Source of the DNA: Amphiura filiformis
Taxonomy: Eukaryota
Length of the DNA stretch: 64,000 nt
Assembly (NCBI RefSeq): GCF_039555335.1
Contig: NC_092646.1
Location: 58,138,946 to 58,202,945 of the forward strand
Reading direction: 5' to 3'
In this document: positions 11,959 to 24,378 of the stretch, piece after piece
Position numbering within the stretch: the stretch's first letter is position 1
Layout: each line of letters begins with the position of its first letter
Notes under the pieces: generated by a model
What the model saw: the letters and a program-made list of their open reading frames with translations, nothing else
What the model was told of the DNA's origin: nothing
Database searches by the model: none
Program-made: the position numbers and the translations under genes

Positions 11959-12157
11959 CCGATAATGAGGGCCGATTGTTCGGTGAAATGCGACATGCCC
12001 GGGCGACAGGCGAGACTGCTACGCAATTTCCGCTTATTTTCACGGTCTATCGCGTAATCGCGAAAGCACGCAACGCTCTATCGCGTATACGCAAAGACAC
12101 GCAGCGCTGGCGTGATTGTTAGACACGGCACGATCGAACAATCGGCCCTCATGAATA
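11959..12157. mobile_element. Small MITE with 23-bp TIRs (cgataatgagggccgattgttcg / cgaacaatcggccctcatgaata).
   Basis: Direct reading. The interior is rich in cgcgtaatcgcg-type motifs. Confidence 0.6.
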
Positions 12158-12764
12158 TGGGAGAAATCACACTATACAATACACGGGGACTTTGACTGTT
12201 GATACATGGTCTGTTCGTAGTCTGTGCCAGAATCATACAGCTTACCAGGGGAACAGCTGCAAATATTACGGTGGGACACATATGGAAAGGTTTCTATGCA
12301 AAACGATTCTCTTATAAACCATCATGCGCACAGTTTCCACCTCGATACATCGATCTGCGCACACATTTTCGTCCAAGAGCTTTCAAGCAAGCAGTGATTG
12401 TCTCCACTACAGTCTTTGATTACACTACACGGTTGAGTGCATAGCATCGAAGAGCTGTGAAGCTTCTAGCTGAAAAATGGGCCTCTTTGATTGGTTTTTG
12501 TCGAAACCTCAAGTGTTCCCTTCATCCAATCAGATTTTTTTTATATCAAACGAAAGCTAACACTTCCCCCTAGAAACAGTTTTCGTCATTAGGTCAACAG
12601 ATAACGCAATTTAATGTTATAGCAAGGCGATTGTGGTAAATCTGTTGAAAACTTCCTATCCAAGCACATTTTTTGACCAAAATGTAGGTTTTAAAAGTCA
12701 AAACCTCAAGTATTCCTTACAATATTTTTCAAATGCTATGTCATCAAATGAAAAGGCACACTTA

Positions 12765-14297
12765 CAGTCATGGACAAAAGTTTGGAATATTTTTATTTTT
12801 TTTATCAAATGCAGTTTTCAATCATTGTTCTGGAGTAGTGCTCAGTTGAATTAATTTGAAAGTTATGAATGTCATTTGATGTTTACATCACACAGTTTGT
12901 CAATTAAACAAAGAATTTCCTGAGGAAGCGCATTACAATGGAAGGATCACACAATCGCAACACTTTTTGGCGGTCTCTTTGTATCACAAAATGAAATTAA
13001 AGACAATATAAAACTTTATTGTTTAAACAAAAACTTCCACTGTCTCTGTAATTTGTTCCGGTAAGTCTCTTGCTTGAGAAAACACATCTCAATATTTGGT
13101 GTGTCCACCCCTTGTCAGCTCAAGATCATTTAGCCAACGTGACATTCCCTCGTCCAGGTTTGCCAAGGTCCCTTGTGGAATATCTCGCCAGCAAGCAATA
13201 AAGGCGTGTCTACGTTCCTGCAGGGTGATTGGTTGGTTGTCCATGTTACCTATCCTGCGGGATACTTCTGCCCATAAGTTCTCTATTGGACTCATATCCG
13301 GGCTCAAAGCCGAGCAGTCCAGATGTTCTACATTCTCATTTTCAAGGAATTCCCTCACGCGTAGGGTTCTGTGCGCCATGGTGTTGGATCACGAAATTGT
13401 TCCCGAAGTCTCTTCTTGCAAACGGAAGCATAACTGTATCAAGAACATAGAGGTATTGGTTCTGGTTCACGTGTCCTTCTAGCATGTTGAGTTGTGATTT
13501 CGACCTACTCTGAAATGTTCCCCATACTGTGACTCCACCACCATCTCCCTGGACTCTAGGAAGGATACAATCCGCAAGCAGGGCTTGACCAACCTGTCTT
13601 CGGACCTTGAATCGGTCATCTTGTCTGTAAAGGAGGAACCGGGCCTCTTCACTGAAGATCACATTACGTCAGTGGCCTACTGTCAAATCCCTATGTCTCT
13701 GTGACCAAAGCAAGCGCGCATGCCGATGTCTTTGCAGAAGTATCGGCTTTCTTATTGGTCGTTTTGCGCGAAAACCTGCACTAACCAGTCTATTGTTCAC
13801 AAGTTTCCTGGTAACAGGAGCTTTTATGGACCTCAGCCATTCTGTTCGTAGCCGACTTGCCGACTCCGTGCGGCCATTGTGGCAAAGTCTCAGGAGAGAT
13901 CGGTCTTCCCTGGCGGTTGTCTTTCGGGGCCGACCTGACCTTGGTCTAGGTGTAGTAGTTCCGGTCTCGTGACGTCTCTTCAAAATTTTAGAGACTGCAT
14001 CTTATGTAATTCCTAAAGCGACACCTATATCCTTCTGTTTGTAGCCGCGATTACGTAAGTCGGTGACTTTGGCGCATAAATAATTATGTGCTCGACTCGT
14101 ACCTATGATCAGAAATATCGTATACAACAGACAGATGCAACAAAATAAAGCTGCACTAGGTATTGTGTGATATGGAATGATACCTTAGCAGACACCCGTG
14201 ATCCATTTTGCATGTCTTATGGGTCATTGATGGTAAGAAATCTGCACTTAAAAACAGGGTTATGCAAAAAAATATTCCAAGCTTTTGTCCATGACTG
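12765..14297 (-). mobile_element. Tc1/mariner-family (Tc1-like) DNA transposon, 1533 bp. It has 25-bp TIRs (cagtcatggacaaaagtttggaata / tattccaagcttttgtccatgactg) and is flanked by TA on both sides.
   Basis: TIRs at 12765-12789 and 14273-14297. TA dinucleotides at 12763-64 and 14298-99. Transposase-homologous ORF fragments lie internally on the minus strand. Confidence 0.85.
13089..13983 (-). pseudogene. Tc1-like transposase remnant. The N-terminal HTH region (RSGRPRKTTAREDR...), the DDE catalytic region (...VWGTFQ...FVIQHHGAQNP...) and the C-terminus fall in three different frames, so the gene is disrupted by frameshifts.
   Basis: ORF-track pieces 13669-13983, 13342-13662 and 13089-13379 each match successive parts of the Tc1 / Sleeping Beauty-type transposase pattern. 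Confidence 0.8.
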
Positions 14298-14869
14298 TAT
14301 ATGTGACCTGTCACGGCGAATGAGCCGTAAATTCCTCCCCCGGTCAAAATTGTTTTATTTTGTGTTTAGAAAATATACATCATAAGCTTTGAAATGGTAT
14401 ATTATTTGACTTCAAACGATATCCAGTAGCGGGATTATGGTTTGTTGAACTTTACTCCTCCAACAAAATGGTAGCTTTTGTCGTTTCTACGTGTGTCTCT
14501 TTTTCCACATTGCTGTCAATAAATATCAAACAGTCATAATTGGCGGTCATATCAAATCATCCCCAAGTCAACGAGGTTCAAGAAAGTTCTCTCATTGTTA
14601 ATTGTTGGTTATACATACCTATACAAAATACAATGCCTGGTAACCCACCACTTGAACAGGATTTAGCCAAAGCAAACAAAGACCAGAGGTATTAAAAATT
14701 CTATTGCCATCTATACTTATTATCCTCTTCAATAATAGGATTATTGATTGGTGTTTGACTATCAAAATGAGATAGATGTCGCGCCAGCTAGAGATGCCGA
14801 TGAATACGACCTGCATACACATTTTACACTGTAACTCAGAATACAATTTAGGGAATTTACGGCTCATTC

Positions 14870-15060
14870 GAGCTGTTGGTCACATATTGTCCATATACTA
14901 GCGACACTCGAATGAGCAATGGCCAATTCTCTTTAAATTGCAAATCTTGTACAAAAAGTTACTATTTTCGCCTGTTTTTGTCATACGGTTGTAAATTCAA
15001 TGAACTGTGAATTTGCTAAAAGAGCGCTTAAAAATTGATATGTTTTACCTGCTGCATTTT
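14870..15060. repeat. Dispersed repeat (tattgtccatatacta...caatggccaattc...cgcctgttttt...ggttgtaaattcaatgaac...aaagagcgctta) with a second copy at 34440-34610.
   Basis: Two copies share ~75% identity over ~170 bp. Confidence 0.5.
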
Positions 15061-15090
15061 GTTCTCAATTTCAAGAAATAATTGACCTTT

Positions 15091-15276
15091 TCGGTAAATC
15101 CCATAAGCCTTTGCGAGTACACCTGAGATGTCGTCATATGACGTCACGTCGATCTGCGCCGATGCGCACATCGTTTATCGAACATCGTTACTGCGCACTG
15201 CAAGTCGGCGTGATGTCAAATGACGAGTTGTTAGGTGCACTCGCAAAGGCTTATGGGATTTACCGAAAAGGTCAAT
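15091..15276. mobile_element. Palindromic MITE with ~40-bp TIRs (gaccttttcggtaaatcccataagcctttgcgagt).
   Basis: Near-perfect inverted arms at 15091-15130 and 15237-15276. Confidence 0.7.
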
Positions 15277-15469
15277 TAGTAAGGAAATAATTAAAGCAAT
15301 AATGTGCGATTTCAGTGTAAAGGATTCAATGGATTCGGCAATTTTGTGCATTGGGTGAATTTGATTTAAAAAATGCCCATAATGAATTGACTTAAATTAT
15401 ATGCAAACATGATTTTACGGGTGATTTGTTTAAGGGATGGGGTATGAACGTTTGGACAGTATTTATTGT

Positions 15470-16051
15470 GGGACATTAGAGCACATCAGACATATCGAAT
15501 TCTGAATATTGCATTCTGAATACGAAGAATGTCCTTCTAATATCAAATAATTTAGATTTTTTTGAAATTCGCAATGTAATACACATTTTATGGCAAATTA
15601 TTAAAAATTGATATTTTTGATATTTAACAGTACTCGAAGTAAACTTTATAAATCTGATGATTTATACTTAACGTGTATGTAGGTGGGATGAAAACCGACG
15701 ATCAATTGAAAATTTTTGACCTTTCGTATTGAAGATATGGATTTTTTTCCCCAAAACACAAAAAAAATTGGTCTTTTGGGAAAAAAATCCATATCTTCAA
15801 TATGAAAGGTCAAAATTTTCAATTGATCGTCGGCTTTTTCTCTAGCTACATACACTTTAAGAATATATCATTAGATTTATAAAATTTACTTCGAGGACTA
15901 TATATATCGAAAATGTGAAAAATATCAAATTTTATTAATTTGTCATAAAATTTGTATTATAATCGTGAATTTCAAAAAATTATTTGATATTAGAAAGCCA
16001 TTCTTCGTATTCAGAATGCAATTCGATAAGTCTGATGTGCTCTCATGTCCC
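15470..16051. mobile_element. Large fold-back element, ~580 bp, with an almost perfect hairpin whose axis is near 15780.
   Basis: The left half gggacattagagcacatcagacatatcgaattctgaatattgcattctgaatacgaagaatg pairs with the right half in reverse complement along its whole length. A related half-copy lies at 17530-17860. Confidence 0.75.
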
Positions 16052-16215
16052 ACAAAAAATACTGTCGAAACGCTCAAAACGCTCATTCCAGATCCCTTAA
16101 CAAATGCACTATATAATCTACAGTAGACATAGGCCTATACCAAAGCACTCAATTTAAAATTCCCTCAAACAGTACTAGACAGGGAGCTTGCAGCACTGGA
16201 TTTGCATCTCCCCAG

Positions 16216-16432
16216 GACCAGCGGCGTCACCAGGAATTTTTTCGGGAGGAGGGCATTAATGAATCTTAGGAGGAGGAGGGACAAATCGACCAATTTTGCG
16301 CAACATTGCCGCAAAAAGTAGAAATTGACGTAATTTGGGGGTTTTTTTTGCCTTAAAAAAGGAGGGGGGAAATATTTTTGTGGAATACCCCCTCTTGACC
16401 CCCTCCCCCCCGTAGTGCCGCCACCGCCCAGG
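16216..16432. mobile_element. MITE, family B. It is related to family A through a TIR of the form CAG[T/C]GGCG..CACCAGG, and carries an internal block caaatcgaccaattttgcgcaacattgccgcaaaaagtagaaattgacgtaatttggggg.
   Basis: The internal block is homologous to 43740-43800. G and C homopolymers are present. Confidence 0.65.
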
Positions 16433-16564
16433 ACTAACCCTAACCAGCGTTTTGAAGTTCCAAATAACAGTCATGATTTTCCCAAATTAAAAAGTAGTCA
16501 AAAACTAAAAGTGCTCCGATTTCAATGAAAATGGTCTAAATTTTTTCGTCAAGTAATGAACATA

Positions 16565-16806
16565 ATGTGATGCGATCAAGCAAAATCAGTCGGAACTCGG
16601 TAATATTAAGTTTTCATAGGATAGTAAAAAGCATTTACAAAGCTGCATTTTGAAGAAAACCCCATTGAAATTGAACATCCATGAGATATGAGCACTTAAA
16701 GAGTTTCTTAAACAATAGGAAACAAAAAGAAATATTTCCTTTGTTTGGCTGTATCTCAAATTCAATATTTCCGAGTTCCGACTGATTTTGCTTGACCGCA
16801 TCACAT
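16565..16806. mobile_element. MITE with 43-bp TIRs (atgtgatgcgatcaagcaaaatcagtcggaactcggtaatatt). A related partial copy lies at 22400-22520.
   Basis: Direct reading of inverted ends. The interior motif cataggatagtaaaaagcatttacaaagctgcattttgaagaaaaccccattgaaatt is shared with 22445-22510. Confidence 0.75.
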
Positions 16807-17018
16807 ATAAAGGATAGTTCTCACCTTCTATGATGCTTCGTTATCTACCAGTATATCAATTTTTCACAACAAGCGCCCAAAAGCACCCAAATTTGCCTTA
16901 ATGTGGTGCTTTTAAGGCACTTTTGCCCAAATTTGTTTTTGCACTTTTGCCCCGGACTTTTACCACATAGGAGTGTAAATTTCAAATGGGGCTTCCTAAT
17001 TAGCGACAACACTTGAAA

Positions 17019-17100
17019 TCTACACCCCTATGTGTGAAATTTAGGTCATGTCTTCCATAGGGGGTGTATGGATGTCAACTGAAATAACCCATTTGAACTG
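17019..17100. mobile_element. Fragment of the family-D palindromic MITE (the ccatacaccccctatggaagacatgacc family).
   Basis: tgtcttccatagggggtgtatggatgtcaactgaaata matches the family consensus. Confidence 0.5.
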
Positions 17101-17529
17101 GTGGTGAAAAAATGTTTTGCAAGCCCTGTGTTTAGTCTCCTCCGCAGCCAGTTTGGTTACGCACCCTTTGTGTAGAGGGAGCGGAACCTGGCTGCTGTGG
17201 AGACAAACTGCAAGGAAATACATTTGAACTTGTGGCATTATAGCGGCGACCATATTTGCATATGGTCATACTGAACATGTCGCTTTATGTTATGTCAAGT
17301 GAATGATAAAAGAAAATATTGTCGAACGCGCTCATAAATGCAAACATGATGGATATATGCAGGTACTCTGCATTTTGCTTCGTTGTTGCAACTCTATTGT
17401 TCAACTCGTGCGCTGGTGATGGCCCGTACCCGCACCTGGGATTGGGATTGGGATCGTTATCGAGGTAAGATTAAGGTGTCGTTCAACCACCTTTGAACAG
17501 TTTTTTTTTGTGGGGCCTGAGCCTGAGAG

Positions 17530-17860
17530 CACAAAAGACGTATCTAATCATATTCTGAATACGAGGAATGTCCTTCTGATATCAAATAATTTTGATTTTT
17601 TTAATTCGCAATATAATAGTCCAACAAATTTTATGGCAAATTATTAAAAATTGATATTTTTAATATTTATAAACAGTCTTCAAAGTAAAATTTATAAATC
17701 TAATGATATTTACTTAAAGTGTATGAACTTGAGCCGACGATCATTTGAAAAGTTTTCGTATTAAAGATACTACGGAAGCACTAAGATACACATTTTTCCC
17801 CCAAAAGGCCTAAATAAAATATTTAGGTCCTTTGTGGAAAAAATGTGTATCTTCATAAAT
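17530..17860. mobile_element. Half-copy of the 15470-type fold-back element.
   Basis: About 80% identity to 15505-15760. Confidence 0.5.
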
Positions 17861-17894
17861 AAATAAATAAATAAATAAATGTTGGTATTTATAC

Positions 17895-18195
17895 AGCGCC
17901 TTTCACATGTGTAAATGTACCGAGGCGCTTTACATTTATTTCGCTGTCGTTAGAATTATGTCAGCTGCCATACAATGCCCAAGGCATGTTCATACTTTTG
18001 GGCGGCGCTCAATGGACAATATTCATAACAGCTCCCCATTTCACCCCTGGGTAGAGAGAGGCAAGTAAGGTAAAGCACCTTGCCCAAGAGCACAACACGA
18101 TGGCACCGCTGGGGCGCGAACTCGCAATCCACTGATTACAAGACAGAGCCCGTACCGCTGCGTCAACGAGCCCGTAATCCGAAAGGTTATCAAGA
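17895..18195 (-). mobile_element. tRNA-derived SINE copy in minus orientation, of the same family as 28484-28760. It is adjacent to an (AAAT)n microsatellite at 17860-17890.
   Basis: The reverse complement contains gagttcgcgccccagcggtgcc...tgctcttgggcaaggtgctttaccttacttgcc, parallel to 28530-28610. Confidence 0.5.
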
Positions 18196-18794
18196 GAAGT
18201 AAATAAAATCAGTTGTTAGTGACCCGTTGCTGTTCAAATGGAAAAACAAGGGTCTTTGGGTGAAGAATCAAAAGGGAAAAAATAAGATGTCTTTGGGTAA
18301 CAACAAAAATGGCGTCTTTTGGTGACAGTAATGCATACACGTCACCTCCAAAGTAGTGCTGCTACCGGCCCACCGGGAGCACAGATGAGACCTAAGACGA
18401 ATATAACTAAAATTTGTCTCCAAAAACACACACATTGTCAAAAATGTCTTCCAAAATAAAAAATAAAAATACCCCTTGGGCAATGTTATGGACCCCTTCA
18501 GAGGAAAATTTCACAAATAAAAGATTCCAAAAAATCAGAAAATACCCCTTCGGCAAACTGTTTAACATGTTTGAAGAAAACACCAAGCCTTCAAAGCCTA
18601 TTTATGAGTTCAAGTAAAAGTTGTAGGCCTACATGTTATTCCTATAATAGTCCAGTACCGTAGAAACCCGTCTATAAGGAATAGAAGAGACTGTGATGAT
18701 AGCATATTTCACGCTAGCGCCCTCCACAATATTATATCATTATGGAATTTGAGCAAATCATTTACCGACACAAGCAGGTATACAATGTATTATT

Positions 18795-18900
18795 TTATCT
18801 TTATTTCGCATCTCACGAGCATAGCTCACTTGGCAAGGCATAAGACTTTGGTTCTTTAGATCGGAAGATGGTGAGTTCGAGCCTCATCACGGTCACACAA
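18795..18900 (+). other. tRNA-like sequence, probably a SINE head rather than a functional tRNA.
   Basis: A D-arm-like motif (tagctcacttggcaaggca) and a T-arm-like motif (gagttcgagcctcatc) are present, but the acceptor and anticodon stems do not close. Confidence 0.3.
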
Positions 18901-19123
18901 ACTTTTATAAACAAAATATTGTTCAAACTTTTCATTTATATTTTCTTGCATTTTCTAAAGACTCCTTTCGTGATCATTTTTTTTCATATTTAGTTTAATT
19001 TATTCTATTGTTTTTCTTTTATTGTTTCTTTTCTTTGTCTTTTTTTCTTGTTTAATTTTATTTTTTTTTTTTTTTTTCTTTGATTCATATAATATTGGCA
19101 GGATAAGGAGAGGAGGGAACTAA

Positions 19124-19250
19124 AGACCCATTCAGTGATTTGCTCATCCGTACGATCGTAAAAATCATCAAAATTCACCTTTGTCATTGTCATAGATGTG
19201 GTAACATAGCCTGCTAGTGGTTCAGCAGAAAACCGTGTGACACATAATAT
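19124..19250 (+). mobile_element. 5' fragment of the TTAA-type non-autonomous element seen complete at 50479-51147.
   Basis: agacccattcagtgatttgctcatccgtacgatcgtaaaaatcatcaaaattca...catagatgtggtaacatagcctgctagtggttc is ~90% identical to 50481-50590. Confidence 0.5.
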
Positions 19251-19570
19251 ACATTTGGCTACATTTTATTATACGATAAATACGAATTTATTAAACATGG
19301 TAACACATATTCTCTAGCAGATCGGTTATACGATGGAACTGGTAGGCATAGGCCTATTATAAATTCGGGATATTAAATATCTTCCTGACGAGACAGATCT
19401 GCGCATGTGGTCAAAGACGATTCCTTACTAGCCACAGACCGTCCGCTGGAATTAGTTGAACATGAACCATTCGCTATGGCTGTTGGTCGGACCTCTCATC
19501 TCTCCACATCGATTGTGACCTATAATCCCCGACATTGCCCTTATGAACTCACATCCTCCTGTTTTATTCA

Positions 19571-19870
19571 ATACGCTGGCGAAGTTACGTAATAATCGGA
19601 TTAACTACCATAGCAATAGGTGAAAACAATTTTTGAATATACCGCGTTATACACTGATACGTTCAGGCGGTACCTCTTCATTGAACCATATCATGCTGCA
19701 CCTGTAAGATCTTTGAAAAGACCAGTATTGTATTCAATCTATGATTGCAGACATACACAGTACAGGTGATGAGTGTAACCTGCTTGCAGCGCAGCGCGAT
19801 ATGTTCAAAATTATTTTCACCTATTGCTATGGTAATTAATCCGATTAATTACGCAACTTCACCAGCGTAT
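19571..19870. mobile_element. Fold-back MITE, family C, copy 3.
   Basis: Arms tacgctggcgaagttacgtaataatcggattaactaccatagcaataggtgaaaacaatttttgaatat and the reverse complement. Confidence 0.75.
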
Positions 19871-19926
19871 AATGGCCGAATAAATTCTGACCATCACTTG
19901 GCTTGTTGGATTCGTCTATACTACAA

Positions 19927-20195
19927 TTCGCTGTCGAAGTGACGTAATAATCGCAATAACTACCATCAAGCAGATTGCACTAATCACCCGCGTATGTCAC
20001 CAAACATAGATTGAATACCACTCTTTTCATAAATACTAATCTTACATGGCGAGTGATTAGCATTTCTTTGACCACTATGGTTTAATGCATAGGTGCCACG
20101 TGAACGATGAAGTGCAGGGCTATATATTCGAAATTGTATTCATCAATTGCTATGGTAGTTAATCCGATTAATTTCGTCACATCGACAGCGAATAG
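19927..20195. mobile_element. Fold-back MITE, family C, copy 4, tandem to copy 3.
   Basis: Arms tcgctgtcgaagtgacgtaataatcgcaataactaccatc and gctatggtagttaatccgattaatttcgtcacatcgacagcgaatag. Confidence 0.7.
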
Positions 20196-21120
20196 CCCAT
20201 AGTATGGGTTCAAGTGGAACAAAAAATAGTGTATGTCCATTGCTAGCTATGGTAATTAATCATGTTAGTGTTTACATCACTACTTCGGTGAAGACAAGAG
20301 AAGTGTGCCTTCTCTACCAACGCCTGTGATATAACAGGTGCAAGCGAAACAAAATTGAATGACCAGAATAGTTTCCTTTGTCAGATGAATTGATTGAAGT
20401 TTTTGAAGACACTCTATTCTTGATGGGACAATAGATTCAAATATGGAATAATTATTATTCGTCATCTTTTTTTTTTTATTGAAAAAACTGCAATTGTGGC
20501 AACAGAACAATATTTATTTTGATTTCATTTCAAGTAGAAACAAAATCGTGCTTAAGCCAAAAACGCACCCTACCTCAAGAATTGGGATGGCACAAAGGTG
20601 CAACATAGGTTTTTATTGCAAAGACGAGGACAGACAAGTGGTTACAACACATCTGTCTAACCGTGGGTTTCGCTATTATTTAGAATAAATGCTTTTACTA
20701 GTTTCTATAAAACCACAAAATTACTAAAAAAACTATAAAAAAACTAAAAAAAAAAAAAAAAAAAAAAAACGCACCTAAAATTTAAAGTAGAAAGGTAGAT
20801 TTGAAGAAAGATAAAAAGAACATGTAAAAAAGTTAAAATTAAACGAGAATGAAAAAACGGAACCGGTGACCGGACCATGCTCTCTTCAGCATGTCTTCAG
20901 TTCCAAAGTCTGACGCTCTATCAATTGAGCTATACGATCCTGATATACGAAACAGTCGTTATTATGTCAATACAATTGATTGGTGTTACAACATACTTAG
21001 ATGGAATGCATAGCCACCCAGTGCCAGTATATATTTGCTCAAACTCCAAATACAACAAGCAACCAATTTTATTGAGGGCGTTTCTTAGGTATATCCTTGT
21101 AGACGGGGTTTTACGGTATT

Positions 21121-21255
21121 GTATTCAATCTTTGATTGCAGACATACACAGGTGATGAGTGTAACCTGCTTGTAGTGCTGCGCGATATGTTCAAAATTGT
21201 TTTCACCTATTGCTATGGTAGTTAATCCGATTTATACGTAACTTCGCCAGCGTAT
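21121..21255. mobile_element. Family-C MITE, right half only.
   Basis: About 90% identity to 19735-19870. Confidence 0.6.
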
Positions 21256-21510
21256 TCCAGTTAAAATCCATACAATCAGACATTGCAGGGCTACCGCGCG
21301 AACCAACTAACGCACATACCAACGCCTCGGCACTTCGCGTCACGTCTGAATGAGTTCGGCCTCATTAGAAGTTGGTTTTCCCGGCCCCCCCCCCCCCCTT
21401 TGCACACCCTCTGAAACAGTGCTGGCTACGCCACTAATTCCATGTAAGCCTTTAGACACGGCCTTTAGATAGCCTATTATGAGTTCAAGTAAAGTTGTAA
21501 ACATTCAATC

Positions 21511-22114
21511 TTACATGGTGCACACTCTAAATTAGAAAGACTTAAAATTTAAATCTTAGTTGAGACTTGTAAATTTTTAAGTCTTTAAGATTTATTTTAC
21601 GCGGGGTTTGATTTAATTTTCTTTGGGATCGGGAAAAAGAAAATGTATTTTTAAATCTTTCGAAAGACTTAAAAATTAAACCAATCACAACGCGATGGTG
21701 TGTGCACGTGATCAAATCGAAACGTTTTCCTGGACTGCTCAGCCGTCATCTTTCTTTTGCGATTTCGTGTGGTGGGGAGCGATTGAATGAAGTGATATGG
21801 ACGAATTTGTTTTGCGGAATGGCATCACAGATGCTGTACTCTCTAAATTCCTAAGATTTAAAAATAAGTCCAAGAGACTTATTAAAATGACAAAACCTTT
21901 GAAAGACTTAAAATTCAAATCTTTATTAGAGTATAATTTAAATCCATTAGATTTTAATTTTAAGTCTTTTCAAAGTTTTGTCATTTTAATAAGTCCCTGG
22001 AATTTAGAGAGTAATATTGATTGGTCCCTAACTACAGTCTCTGAAAGTTTTGAAAGTAAGTATTTTGGATTTGAATTTAAATCCCTGTAATTTAGAGTGA
22101 TGCATGGTGTACAT
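21511..22114. mobile_element. Fold-back element, ~600 bp, with 24-bp TIRs (tacatggtgcacactctaaattag) and internal subrepeats (taagtcttt / aaagactta, aatttaaatc).
   Basis: Terminal inverted match at 21511-21534 and 22088-22114. Internal repeats read directly. Confidence 0.7.
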
Positions 22115-22936
22115 AGGCCATTGGAATTCCTGTCATAGTCCAAACATTTCCGTTATTAATGGATCTCATCTACAAACACTTCCGATGTATAAAGCAGCCA
22201 CAATGGTTTTGCAAGGTTGGCGTGGGAATGGAGACAAATAAAAGCAAAATATTATTGTATATAAGGCATAAAAAGGTCTGTCTCCGATACCCGCGCGCTT
22301 TGCTATGTGAACTTAGTTCGCAAGGCAAACTTAAAAAAACCGGGCAAAACAGACGTGTCTAAAAATTTTCGACAAGTAAAATGACCGGCAAAGCAAAGCA
22401 AAAATCAAAGCAAAATTAGTCGGAAATATTAAATTATTTAAAGTTTCTTATCATAGGATAGTAAAAAGCATTTACAAAACTGCATTTTGAAGAAAACCCC
22501 ATTGAAATTTAAAATCCAGTTCCAAAGATTAAAGAGTTTCCGTAACCCGATCGACAGCATCATCCCCCCGATTTTTCTGCCTCCGCAGGAGGTAGTATGC
22601 TTTGAAATTGACACCTAAAATGCCGCACATTGCGCGGCATGTAGGCCGATTGTACAAATTTATATTCCGACAAGTACTCTAATTTCCGCCCAATATCGAG
22701 AGCCCAATATATATCCCCCACCTCTCTGCGCCATACATAAATTCGCCTATCGCCATTTCCGAATGTTCAAAAAGGTAATCACGCTTCCTCAGCACGTGCA
22801 ATAAATTAGCATTAAAATTAATCTTATTCTATAGGTATTCTAGAAACACCTAGCACGTGGCGACAATGGTGTGGGTATATCAAGTTCATGAATTATGCAT
22901 TAGAATTTTTTCAAACTCATATGTTGTATAATTGAA

Positions 22937-23070
22937 GACCGAATTAAAAGACTAGCTTGCGTATGCCGTCCTGTAAACCAGACCAAAATGCCATACTGCG
23001 CAGGTCAGCAACCAATCACGGCGCGCCTTTGTCATGACGTCAGACGCAAACTAGTCTTTTTAATTCGGTC
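22937..23070. mobile_element. Small MITE with 19-bp TIRs (gaccgaattaaaagactag), containing the CRE-like palindrome tgacgtca.
   Basis: Direct reading. Confidence 0.6.
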
Positions 23071-24378
23071 TTTAATTATTAGGTTGTAGCCTCAGCGCTC
23101 ATTAGCAGCTTTATCGTTGAAGACAAGTTGGAAAACCGTTATGCTGTGACAATGGGAATACACATCAAACAAGGTTTAATTTCATGATTACATGAAATCT
23201 GATTATCAATGGAAAAACTTTGGCTGGAGAAGTTGAAGCTGACGTTCATGGCGACACTTTGGATGTGATAATTTGACATCATGGATTGTTTTGTGCAAAA
23301 TTTGAGGTATTTTTGTGCCATTTAATACGCGGTGAGTCAGCAGGCCGACTGGCATGCAGGCTAGGCTCGACTAGGCCGCAATCATCGTGCATGCGTGTCT
23401 ACGTCATAATAATAGGTTGAAATGATGGGATTGAAAAGACCGGCTATAGCTATTTGATTTCTCTGCATACGAGATGTAGGCCTATGTGCTGTGCCGTGTT
23501 CAACGTACAAACGGCATGTCATGATCATGATGATGTTTCATTTGAACTGCAATGTATTGTATGGTATGATACGCCTAGCCGCGCCTATGGCCGGCTTCAT
23601 TGCTGTTCAAATACATGTACTAAAGTATTGCAATTTTATTGCGTTGATATAATTCGGAATAATTCGTTTTAAAGTATTTGCTTCCCCAATTCCCATGCGT
23701 GGTTGGTCATGTTGGTGGTATGTAGGCCTATGTCAGTTTTTACATTCTACTGAGTACTGTTGCAATATTTTTGCATGCATACCCATGACCGTTTCAAGAC
23801 TATGACTGAGAAAAAATAAAAATAAAATGCAAGAATCATCTTTCCCCACACAATACCGCTTACAAACAAGGTGTTGATATTGGCCCTTTCGATGCAAAAC
23901 AAAGCACAAATGAAGGAAAGAAAACAAAACAATAATGTTTTTGATTTTTTATTCAATTACACATACAAAAAAGTAATGGCCTATGAAAAGATCCCCATAA
24001 ATATAATAATATTAATATTATTTTAGTCCTGAATACAAAATATAATAAACAAGCATAAAAGAATCTGATACGAAAATTTGTTACTCTGAAACGTTACAAT
24101 CGTAATTTTCAGTCAAAAAATCCACAAGAAATGACTCTTGATACAACTTAGGCCTAGGCCTATATTTAAAAAAACAGAAACGGCTGCCTGCATCTGGAAC
24201 TCTTCATATCTGAAAGTTTGAAGGTTTTATTTCATACATCTGAATTATTTCCAAGATTACAAGATGGCTTTAGGTGACCGTGGCCCTATTGGCTAATGCA
24301 CAAATTTAGATTTTCTTTCTATTTAAATAATACTATAGTATGTTAAAGCTTATGCCCTGTAGATTACATTCGGTTCTT

